A DNA stretch of 63,580 nucleotides, filler included. It is 6 parts of 6 records of this genome, joined end to end, with 100 filler letters (N's around TTAATTAATTAA, not from the genome) between each part and the next. Parts side by side here need not be neighbours in the genome. Positions count along the whole stretch, not along the records: positions 1 to 7,528 come from SRR2962707_1344; positions 7,629 to 15,428 come from SRR2962707_1347; 4 more parts are not named here. One strand, given 5' to 3'. How positions within the stretch are numbered: position 1 is the stretch's first letter; every line of letters starts with the position of its first letter. A model generated the notes under the pieces. That model did not search any database and was not told the origin of the DNA. It saw only the letters and a list, made by a program, of their open reading frames with translations. The position numbers and the translations under genes are program-made. Of the stretch, positions 1-10,349 are shown in pieces.

Positions 1-663
1 CTTTTGGCCATAGATGTTGGACCATGTGTTTTCTTGGCCATCCACAACGCCGGTTTGCAGCGCGCCGTAAACTTCGGAGAACGCCATTGGCTGTGGGGAA
101 ACGCCGATGGCTTCCATTTGGGCCTTGATCACGTCAGACGCCTGAACGCGGAATTTCAGGCCATTTGCATCGGTTGGCAGGTTCAGCGGCTTGTTTGCCG
201 ACATTTGTTTCATGCCATTGTGCCAGAACTGCAGACCGGACAGGCCGCGGCGTTCCATCGATGCTTTCATCGCCTGACCTGTTTCGGAGTTCTGGAACTC
301 GTCCACGGCGTTGATGTTCTTGAACATGAACGGAAGATCGAAGATGCGGAATTTCTTGGTAAACTGTTCGAATTTTGACAGCGACGGGGCCGCCAGTTGA
401 ACGTCGCCTTGCAGCATTGCTTCCAGAACTTGGTCATCGTTGTACAATGTCGAGTTCGGGAACACTTCCATGCAGGCTTTGCCGTTCATCTCGGCGTTCA
501 CACGCTCGGCAAGCAGGGTGGCGGCGATGCCTTTGGGGTGCTTGTCGGTGTTGGTAACGTGGCTGAATTTGATCAGAATTTCACCGTCATCACATGCGGC
601 AGATACGGCACCTGCGCTCACGGAAAGGGTCAGCGCGACTGCAGCTGTTGTCAGGAATTTCAT
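1..663 (-). CDS. dctP: TRAP C4-dicarboxylate substrate-binding protein DctP (3' end runs off window)
   Basis: Not in the ORF track. Manual translation from ATG 663 gives MKFLTTAAVALTLSVSAGAVSA (signal peptide) then IKFSHVTNTDKHPKG...EVFPNSTLY...LQGDVQLAAPSLSKF...FDLPFMF, typical DctP motifs. GGAG RBS upstream; lies downstream of dctBD. Confidence 0.93.
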   Translation of the reverse strand, partial: MKFLTTAAVALTLSVSAGAVSAACDDGEILIKFSHVTNTDKHPKGIAATLLAERVNAEMNGKACMEVFPNSTLYNDDQVLEAMLQGDVQLAAPSLSKFEQFTKKFRIFDLPFMFKNINAVDEFQNSETGQAMKASMERRGLSGLQFWHNGMKQMSANKPLNLPTDANGLKFRVQASDVIKAQMEAIGVSPQPMAFSEVYGALQTGVVDGQENTWSNIYGQK

Positions 664-858
664 GTGGTGTCTCCTCCCAGAGAACTGATTTTAATGTCTC
701 GGCAATCGGAGCGTCCGACTGCGGTGGCGGAAGTAGACCGTTAAATACGATAGCTCACAAGCCTGTTAAGACCGCGCAGGTTTCACCCCAGAAAGCCGAT
801 TGTTTTCGGTGGATTAGCGGCATTTCGCCGATCAGCATTAACCATTATCACGCGACGA

Positions 859-908
859 TGTGCGAAAACCCGCACGCACGCCAAAGCCGCTGTGCGGAAA
901 ACCGCACA
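859..908. promoter_or_regulatory. Two tandem palindromic DctD-type operator sites upstream of dctP
   Basis: TGTGCGAAAACCCGCACG (859-876) and TGTGCGGAAAACCGCACA (891-908), 32-bp period; they match the recalled rhizobial DctD site TGTGCGgaaatCCGCACA. Confidence 0.8.
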
Positions 909-911
909 GGT

Positions 912-2141
912 TCAACTGCGGTAGTCTTCGGCCCGAATCCCGTAGCGGGTCAGCTTGTCATAAAACGTCTTGCGCGGCAGCTTCAGCGCCGATGCGGCGG
1001 CACTGGCTTGCCCGCCTGCCCGCTTAAGTGCTGCGCGCAGCAGCGACTGCTCAACCTGCGCCATTTGTTCGGCAAGCCCCAGATCCGCATCGGGGGCCGC
1101 ATCATCTGCCACACCCATCACGAACCGCATCGCGGCAGACATCAACGCGCGTGCATTCCCCGGCCAATCGCGCGCCATCAACCCGGCAATCACCTGAGGC
1201 GATATCGGCGGCACCGACAGGCCCGATTGTTCGGCGGCTTGATCGGCATAGCGCCGAAACAGGATCGGAATGTCCTCGGGCCGCTCAGCCAGTGACGGGA
1301 TGCGCACGGGCATCACCTCAAGCCGATAATACAGATCCGCGTGGAAACGCCCCTCGCCGACCATCGCCGACAGGTCATGGGTGCTGCCCGCGATCAGCCG
1401 CACCTCGGCGGTGTTTTCCAAGGCTTCGATCAGGGTCAGCTGCGTCTGCGCAGGCAGATGTGTGACCTCGTCCAGAAACAGACTGCCCCCGCCCGCAGCC
1501 GCCAACGCGTCGCTTAGATCAGCCGGAGACAATCCTTCGCCGGCGCGTTTCACAAACGGCGCTTTCGAGCGCGGAGAGGACAAATGGATAACCTCGGCCA
1601 CCTTGGAAATCCCCGATCCGTAGGGGCCTGTTACCAACACCTCGGCGTCGGTCGTTGCCGCCCGCCGCACCTTGCCGCGCAGGGTTTCCGACAGAACAGA
1701 GCTGCCGAAAATCAGACGCGCCGCCGGATCGCCGCTTTCGACCATCTGCAACAACCGACGGTTTTCCAACACCAGCGCACGGGTTTTCAACGCGCGTTCA
1801 ACCACCGCCAATAAGGCCGCAGGCGCACAGGGTTTTTCCAGAAAATCGAACGCCCCTGCTTCCATCGCGCGCACGGCCATGGGGATGTCACCCTCGCCCG
1901 TGAGCAAGATCACCGGCAAATCGGGGTCTTGGTCATGGGCATATTGCAGCAGGTGAAAACCGTCGCGCCCCGGCATGCGCATGTCCGACAGGATGATGCC
2001 GTCAAACCCCGCTGTAATCTGGTCTTTTGACGCCACGAATGACCCCGCCGCAATCACATCGACATCTGCCAGTTCCAGCGTTTGGGCCAAGGCCTCGCGC
2101 ACATGGGCGTCATCATCTACCAGCAAAACGGTTCTGCTCAT
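912..2141 (-). CDS. dctD: DctD-like response regulator (REC - degenerate AAA+ - Fis HTH)
   Basis: VLLVDDD...SDMRMPG...FLEKP receiver; FLDEV, FHADLYYRL and WPGNARAL AAA+ motifs; C-terminal LPRKTFYDKL HTH. Start overlaps the dctB stop (ATGA). Confidence 0.9.
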   Translation of the reverse strand: MSRTVLLVDDDAHVREALAQTLELADVDVIAAGSFVASKDQITAGFDGIILSDMRMPGRDGFHLLQYAHDQDPDLPVILLTGEGDIPMAVRAMEAGAFDFLEKPCAPAALLAVVERALKTRALVLENRRLLQMVESGDPAARLIFGSSVLSETLRGKVRRAATTDAEVLVTGPYGSGISKVAEVIHLSSPRSKAPFVKRAGEGLSPADLSDALAAAGGGSLFLDEVTHLPAQTQLTLIEALENTAEVRLIAGSTHDLSAMVGEGRFHADLYYRLEVMPVRIPSLAERPEDIPILFRRYADQAAEQSGLSVPPISPQVIAGLMARDWPGNARALMSAAMRFVMGVADDAAPDADLGLAEQMAQVEQSLLRAALKRAGGQASAAASALKLPRKTFYDKLTRYGIRAEDYRS

Positions 2142-3892
2142 GCGGCGGCCTCGGTCATCTGTGCGCGTTCCAGCCGGACAGAAAACATTGCCCCGCCGTC
2201 GTCAAGGTTTTTACCGCGAATTTGCCCGCCCAGACTTTGGACAATGCCGTAGCTGATCGACAGGCCCAGCCCCATGCCGCTGCTGCCGCCGACGGATTTG
2301 GTCGTGTAGAACGGATCGAACACCTTGTCGGGCATTTCGATCCCCGGACCTGTGTCCATGAACTGCACCAGTACCGCGTCCGTCCAATCAATATGGATCG
2401 TCAGCCTGCGCGTCTGCGCATCGGCCATGGCGTCTGCGGCATTGGTGATCAGGTTCACGAACACCTGACTTAGCCGGACCTCGCCGCCGCGCACCCACAC
2501 AGCCGCGTCCGGCGGGGTATATTCCAGTGTCACACCGGCCTTGGCCAGATAGCTTTGCGTCAATTCAATCGCGCTTGCGACGACACGCGTCACGTCAACT
2601 TGGGTCTGGGGCACGCTTTCCTGGCGGGCAAATGCGCGCAGGTTCTGGATAATCCGCGCCATGCGATCAGCCATCTGAGAAATCCGCGACAGGTTTTCGG
2701 TCACCCGCTCGGGCTTGTCGCGGGCCATGAACTGACCTGCGTTTTCCGCATAGGATTTGATCGCCATCAGCGGTTGGTTCAGCTCGTGACTGATGCCCGC
2801 CGACATTTGCCCCAACGCCGATAACTTACCCGCCTGCACCAGATCGGCCTGCGCGCGGCGCAAGGCGGCTTGGGCCTCTTCACGCTCGGCGGCCTCGCGG
2901 CGCAGTTCGGTGTTGCTGGCGTTCAACGCGGCGGTACGTTTGGCGACCTGACGTTCCAGTCTGACGTTCGCCTGCGACAACGCACGGCGGCGTTCGGTTG
3001 CCAGAAACAGCAGCGCGCCAAAGGCCAGACACAAGGCCGCCACCGCCGCCGCCTGTGACAGCGCCAAGCGGCGTGCGGGCGCGACGTCCAGCAGCACCTC
3101 GCCAATGAACCCCACAATGGGCAGCGGCGTGGTCAGATGCAGCGCCTCGTCCGGCAAATAGGGCCCCCACCCCATTTGCCATACTTCATGCCCGTTGACC
3201 GATCCCGCCTCGAAGGCCAAGGCCGCGCCGTCGGGCGGGATCAGACCCAATGTGCCTTTGGGTCGCTGCCAGAACAACATTTCCGACCGGTTAGAGATCT
3301 GCACAACGCCAGCGTCATCGGTAAAAAACGCCGTGGGGTTGCTGCCGCGCCAGCCGTAATCGATGCCGTTCAGATCGGTCGACACAACCACGGCCCCCTG
3401 AACCTGACCGGCGTCATCGAACACTGGTGCTGCGTGGAAATAGGCCCGGTCGGTCAGCGGCAGACTGGGCCCGTGCCCCCAGCCAAGTGCGCCTCTCAAC
3501 GCACGGGCCACGATGGGCAGGTCAATCAGCACCTCGCCCGGCGCGCTGCGGGGGGATGCCAGAACACGGCCCGCCATATCCACCACGCGCACATCCAAGG
3601 CCGCCGATTTATCCGCCACATCCTGCAAGAAATCACGCGCGGTGCCCCGTGCCCTGCCCTGCAATACATCGCTGACCTGCGGGTGATCGGCCAGAAACAC
3701 CGCCAAGTCGCGATAGCGCTGTAACTGCGCCACTAAACGGTCGCTGGCCACGGACAGATCGGCCTTGCCCCGCGCGCTAAGCTGGTTCAGCCCCTGCCAA
3801 TAGGCATAGCGCCAGACCCCTGCTGACAGGGCGGCGACGACCATCAAAAATATTACCCACGTCGCGATGCGACGACCAAGTCCGGTGTTCAT
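2138..3892 (-). CDS. dctB: DctB-like sensor histidine kinase
   Basis: Two TM segments flank a periplasmic domain; H-box GISHELNQPL, N-box QVFVNLITNA, DTGPG, FYTTK, GMGLGL. Start trimmed to ATG 3892 (MNTGLGRR). Confidence 0.9.
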   Translation of the reverse strand: MNTGLGRRIATWVIFLMVVAALSAGVWRYAYWQGLNQLSARGKADLSVASDRLVAQLQRYRDLAVFLADHPQVSDVLQGRARGTARDFLQDVADKSAALDVRVVDMAGRVLASPRSAPGEVLIDLPIVARALRGALGWGHGPSLPLTDRAYFHAAPVFDDAGQVQGAVVVSTDLNGIDYGWRGSNPTAFFTDDAGVVQISNRSEMLFWQRPKGTLGLIPPDGAALAFEAGSVNGHEVWQMGWGPYLPDEALHLTTPLPIVGFIGEVLLDVAPARRLALSQAAAVAALCLAFGALLFLATERRRALSQANVRLERQVAKRTAALNASNTELRREAAEREEAQAALRRAQADLVQAGKLSALGQMSAGISHELNQPLMAIKSYAENAGQFMARDKPERVTENLSRISQMADRMARIIQNLRAFARQESVPQTQVDVTRVVASAIELTQSYLAKAGVTLEYTPPDAAVWVRGGEVRLSQVFVNLITNAADAMADAQTRRLTIHIDWTDAVLVQFMDTGPGIEMPDKVFDPFYTTKSVGGSSGMGLGLSISYGIVQSLGGQIRGKNLDDGGAMFSVRLERAQMTEAAA

Positions 3893-3952
3893 TTTCACAA
3901 TTTGGCACAGACCTGCTTGCAAAGACCAGAGGGCGCGGTATTCCTGCGGCGT

Positions 3953-5134
3953 ATGAAAACCTTTCTCCAATCCCCGCAAGACCCTGATTTCGTGCAAAAT
4001 CCCTATGCGGCCTATGCCCGTGCGCGCGCCGAAGGCCCGGTGCAGTATTGGGACGATTACGGAATGCTGGCCGCCTTTGATGCCGCCACCGTACAGGCGT
4101 TGCTGCGTGACAGGCGGTTGGGCCGCGAGATTCCCGTCGATCAGCGCCAGCCTGTCGCGGCGCATCTGGCCGATTTTCACGCGGTCGACCAACATTCGAT
4201 ATTGGAGCTGGAACCGCCCACCCACACACGCCTGCGCGGCCTTGTGTTGCGGGCGTTTACATCACGCCGGATTGCAGCCCTTGCGCCCGAGATCGAGGCG
4301 ATTGCCGCTGAATTGCTGGCCACCCTGCCCCAAGGCCCATTTGATCTGATCCCGGCCTTTTGTACGCAATTGCCCGTGCGCATCATCGCGCGACTGTTGG
4401 GTGTGCCGGAGGACATGTGGCCCGATCTTTTGCGCTGGTCCAACGCCATGGTTGCGATCTATCAAACCGGCCGCACCCGCGCGGTTGAGGACGCCGCCAA
4501 CAGCGCCGCCGCCGATTTCACGGCATTCTTGCGCGGCTATGTCGACGAGCGCCGCACGGACCCGCGCGATGATCTGATCACGCAGTTGATTGCCGCCGAA
4601 GAAGATGGTGAACGCCTAAGCACCGACGCGCTGATCGGGACCTGCATTTTGCTGCTGAACGCCGGGCACGAGGCAACGGTGCATGCGCTTGGCAACGGGG
4701 TCGCCTGCGCGCTGGCAAATGAAACACCTTTGGCCGCGTTTCAGCCCGATACCATCGCCGCCACGACCGAGGAAATCCTGCGCTATGATCCGCCGCTGCA
4801 TGTGTTTGAACGCTTTGCCTATGAGGATATCGATCTGAACGGTATCATATTGGAAAAAGGCAAGAAAATTGCGCTGGTGCTGGGGGCTGCGGGGCGTGAT
4901 CCTGCTGTATATCCTGATCCGGACCGTTTTGACCCGACGCGTCCCGTGAAACCCCATGCGGCCTTTGGCGGCGGCCTGCATTTCTGCGTCGGTGCGCCCT
5001 TGGCACGGCTGGAAATGCAGATCGCCCTGCGCGCGCTATTTGAACACGCGCCTCAACTGCTGTTGGCTGAGGTGCCGCATTACGCGAACACCTATCATTT
5101 CCACAAACTCGAACGTCTGATGGTCGAGATTTAG
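3953..5134 (+). CDS. Cytochrome P450
   Basis: EPPTHTRLR, I-helix AGHEAT, ExxR (EILR), haem loop FGGGLHFCVG. Start at ATG 3953 (MKTFLQ). Confidence 0.93.
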   Translation: MKTFLQSPQDPDFVQNPYAAYARARAEGPVQYWDDYGMLAAFDAATVQALLRDRRLGREIPVDQRQPVAAHLADFHAVDQHSILELEPPTHTRLRGLVLRAFTSRRIAALAPEIEAIAAELLATLPQGPFDLIPAFCTQLPVRIIARLLGVPEDMWPDLLRWSNAMVAIYQTGRTRAVEDAANSAAADFTAFLRGYVDERRTDPRDDLITQLIAAEEDGERLSTDALIGTCILLLNAGHEATVHALGNGVACALANETPLAAFQPDTIAATTEEILRYDPPLHVFERFAYEDIDLNGIILEKGKKIALVLGAAGRDPAVYPDPDRFDPTRPVKPHAAFGGGLHFCVGAPLARLEMQIALRALFEHAPQLLLAEVPHYANTYHFHKLERLMVEI

Positions 5135-5141
5135 CCGTCGT

Positions 5142-5603
5142 TTACAGCGGCAGCATCGTCGTAGATTTAATCTGCTCCATCGACAAAAGCGCGGTGACAT
5201 TATGCACCCGCACCTCTGAGATCAGCGCCTGATAAAACGCGTCATAGGCGCGCGCGTTCTTGACCCGGACCTTTAGAATATAGTCGATATCGCCCGCCAA
5301 ACGGTGTGCTTCCTGCACCTCGGGGCGGTCTTGTAGCGCCTTTAGAAACGCCGCCTGCCATTCCGCCTCGTGCTCGGATGTGCGGATCAGGACAAAGAAA
5401 CACGCCTCGAACCCCAAGGCCTCGGCATCCAGCACCACGGTGTGTTGCCCGATCACGCCTGCCTCGCGTAATTTGCGAATCCGGTTCCAAACGGGCGTCT
5501 TGGATGACCCTACTTCACGGGCAATATCGTCCAAAGATTGGCTCGCATCCCGTTGAAGCTGCGCCAATATTTTCCGATCCACCTCGTCTATCCGAACGTC
5601 CAT
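5142..5603 (-). CDS. Lrp/AsnC family regulator (DecR-like), divergent from cysG
   Basis: IDEVDRKILAQLQRDA...WNRIRKLREAGVI HTH; HRLAGDIDYILKV RAM domain. Start trimmed to ATG 5603. Confidence 0.88.
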   Translation of the reverse strand: MDVRIDEVDRKILAQLQRDASQSLDDIAREVGSSKTPVWNRIRKLREAGVIGQHTVVLDAEALGFEACFFVLIRTSEHEAEWQAAFLKALQDRPEVQEAHRLAGDIDYILKVRVKNARAYDAFYQALISEVRVHNVTALLSMEQIKSTTMLPL

Positions 5604-5742
5604 TCTGCGTATCCTTTGGTTTGTGGTCTTCTGTTCCAACTTGGCTGTGAGTTAGAACGTATGTTCTTATATGTCCAGACACCTAGCGCCATAACGGAAT
5701 TATTTCCTATATATACAGCAAGGCAAGCGCAAGGACAGCATC

Positions 5743-7137
5743 ATGGATCATTTCCCAATTTTCCTTTCCACCAAAGGGCAACGCATTGTGCTGTCCGGCG
5801 GCGGTGACGCGGCACTGGCCAAGCTGCGCCTGTTGATGAAATCCCAAGCCAAGATCAGCGTTTACGCGACTGACCCCGCGCCCGAACTGGTGCAATGGGC
5901 TGATGCCGGTCGCCTGACGCTGCATACCCGTGCGCTTCAGCTTGGTGATGTGCTTTGCGCGAAACTGTTCTACGCCGCTGACGAAGATGCCGTGGAAGAC
6001 GCCCGCACCGCCGCCATCGCACGGGCCGAGGGCGCATTGGTCAATATCGTCGATAACCTGCACGATAGCGCCTTTATCACCCCTGCCATTGTTGACCGTG
6101 ATCCCGTCACCATCGCCATCGGTACCGAAGGGGCCGCCCCCGTGCTGGCCCGCGCGATCAAGGCCGACCTGGAGGAACGCCTGCCTGCAACACTGGGCAC
6201 CCTCGCGCGTATCGGTAAAGGGTTTCGCAAAGTGGCAGACGCCCTGCCCTTTGGTCGGGCACGCCGCGATTTCTGGCGCGACTATTATTTCAACGCTGGC
6301 CCCCGTGCTGTGGCTGACGGCGAAGCCGCCGTTGGCGAGGCGCTTGATAACCTGCTGGCCGATCACCTGACCCGTGCGGCGCGCGCCGGTCACATCGCCT
6401 TTGTCGGTGGTGGCCCCGGTGATCCCGAACTGCTGACACTGAAAGCACGCCGCGCCTTGGACGAGGCCGACGTGGTGATCTATGACCGCTTGATCAGCCC
6501 CGAGATCCTCGAGCTTGCCCGCCGCGAGGCACTGATGATCGACGTTGGCAAGGAAGGCTTCGGCCCCTCGACCGCCCAGGAAACCATCAACGATCTGCTG
6601 GTCGAACACGCGCAAAGCGGTGCCCAAGTCGTACGCCTGAAATCCGGCGATGCGACAGTGTTTGGCCGTCTGGACGAGGAAATCGACGCGGTTGATGCCC
6701 ATAATATCGGCTGGCACATCGTGCCGGGCATCACGTCAGCCTCTGCCGCTGTCGCCGCCATCGGGCAAAGCCTGACCAAGCGTGGGCGCAACGCCAGCGT
6801 CAGGTTTCTGACCGGCCACGACATGAAAGGCTTTGCCGATCACGACTGGGCTGCCTTGGCGCGTCCGGGCGAAGTTGCCGCGATCTATATGGGCAAGAAA
6901 TCCGCCCGTTTTATCCAAGGCCGCCTGATCATGCACGGTGCCGACCGCGCCACGCCTGTGACCGTGATCGAAAACGCCTCGCGGCCCGAACAGCGTATTC
7001 TGGAAACCACGCTCGACCGTTTGCCCGTCGATCTGACCGACGCAGAGATGAACGGCCCCGCATTGACATTCTACGGCCTTGCCCCGCGCGCGGCGGCACT
7101 GGCCTCAACAGAAATCCTGCAAGAGGAGATGGCATAA
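5743..7137 (+). CDS. cysG: Siroheme synthase
   Basis: FPIFL, VNIVDN, PAIVDR, GGPGDPELLTLKA, RLKSGD...FGR and VPGITSA motifs. Confidence 0.95.
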   Translation: MDHFPIFLSTKGQRIVLSGGGDAALAKLRLLMKSQAKISVYATDPAPELVQWADAGRLTLHTRALQLGDVLCAKLFYAADEDAVEDARTAAIARAEGALVNIVDNLHDSAFITPAIVDRDPVTIAIGTEGAAPVLARAIKADLEERLPATLGTLARIGKGFRKVADALPFGRARRDFWRDYYFNAGPRAVADGEAAVGEALDNLLADHLTRAARAGHIAFVGGGPGDPELLTLKARRALDEADVVIYDRLISPEILELARREALMIDVGKEGFGPSTAQETINDLLVEHAQSGAQVVRLKSGDATVFGRLDEEIDAVDAHNIGWHIVPGITSASAAVAAIGQSLTKRGRNASVRFLTGHDMKGFADHDWAALARPGEVAAIYMGKKSARFIQGRLIMHGADRATPVTVIENASRPEQRILETTLDRLPVDLTDAEMNGPALTFYGLAPRAAALASTEILQEEMA

Positions 7138-7430
7138 TGGCCAAGCCCTTCACCCCCAAAGTTGTCACTGCAAACGCCCTGCTTGAAGGCGACGTGATCT
7201 ATCAAACAGCCACCGGCTGGACCCGTGATCTGACCCAGGCCGAGGTGCTGACCGACGAGGCCGATGCCGATCTGCGCATGATCGATGCCAGCCAGCAAAT
7301 TGATTTGGTCGTCGGCGTCTATCTTGCCGATGTTGACCCCGATCCGGTGCCACAGCCCGTCCATTTCCGCGAGGCGTTTCGCGCCAAAGGCCCGTCAAAC
7401 TATGCCCATGGCAAACAGGAGACCCTGTAA
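7137..7430 (+). CDS. DUF2849-type small protein of the sulfite reductase operon
   Basis: VTANALLEGDVIY...HFREAFRAKGPS; translationally coupled between cysG and cysI (TAATG overlaps). Confidence 0.8.
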   Translation: MAKPFTPKVVTANALLEGDVIYQTATGWTRDLTQAEVLTDEADADLRMIDASQQIDLVVGVYLADVDPDPVPQPVHFREAFRAKGPSNYAHGKQETL

Positions 7431-7528
7431 TGTATAGCTATACCGAATTCGACGACGCCTTTCTGGCCGAACGCAACGCACAATTCCGCGCGCAGGTTGA
7501 ACGCCGCATCGACGGCTCCCTGACCGAG
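7430..7528 (+). CDS. cysI: Nitrite/sulfite reductase haemoprotein, N-terminus only (contig end)
   Basis: MYSYTEFDDAFLAERNAQFRAQVERRIDGSLTE matches the typical alphaproteobacterial CysI start; follows cysG-DUF2849. Confidence 0.85.
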
Positions 7529-7628
7529 NNNNNNNNNNNNNNNNNNNNNNNNNNNNNNNNNNNNNNNNNNNNTTAATTAATTAANNNNNNNNNNNNNNNN
7601 NNNNNNNNNNNNNNNNNNNNNNNNNNNN
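7529..7628. other. Artificial contig spacer (N44-TTAATTAATTAA-N44)
   Basis: 100 nt of N with an all-frame stop linker; genes are truncated on both sides. Confidence 0.99.
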
Positions 7629-7652
7629 TGTTGTTGTTGTTGTTGTTGTTGT
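7629..7652. repeat. (TTG)n microsatellite at contig start
   Basis: tgttgttgttg... directly after the spacer. Confidence 0.95.
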
Positions 7653-7750
7653 GTCTTTCGATGCATGTATTTCACAAACACACTGCTTGTTGACGCGTGC
7701 CTGTTTGTTGCTTTGCTGCTGCTACGTCTGCTGCTGCTGTGTACTTTCAG

Positions 7751-10270
<2,520 letters not shown>

Positions 10271-10349
10271 TATGGTGTACTTTTCGCTAAGTGAAAGACA
10301 CTACTTCGAAAAGCAAAGTAAATGTAGTTAGGTCAAGAGAGCATTAGAG

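Noticed and set aside
3902-3920. TGGCACAGACCTGC as a sigma-54 promoter for the P450
   Set aside because: GG-to-GC spacing is 9 nt, not the required 10.
3893-4225. N-terminal extension of the dctB ORF (695 aa)
   Set aside because: It is antisense to the P450 gene; the TM helix begins right after ATG 3892.
5654-5667. GAAC-N4-GTTC as an SOS box
   Set aside because: That is the Gram-positive LexA motif; alphaproteobacterial LexA uses GTTC-N7-GTTC. Kept only as a possible Lrp site.
5707-6717. Long antisense ORFs (this one; also 44276-45460, 48380-49480, 25579-26355)
   Set aside because: Shadow frames of GC-rich real genes with no recognisable motifs.
7573-7584. TTAATTAATTAA recurring five times within N-runs
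   Set aside because: Identical position in each 100-nt spacer; an artificial all-frame stop linker, not biology. ORFs with X runs across spacers are artefacts.
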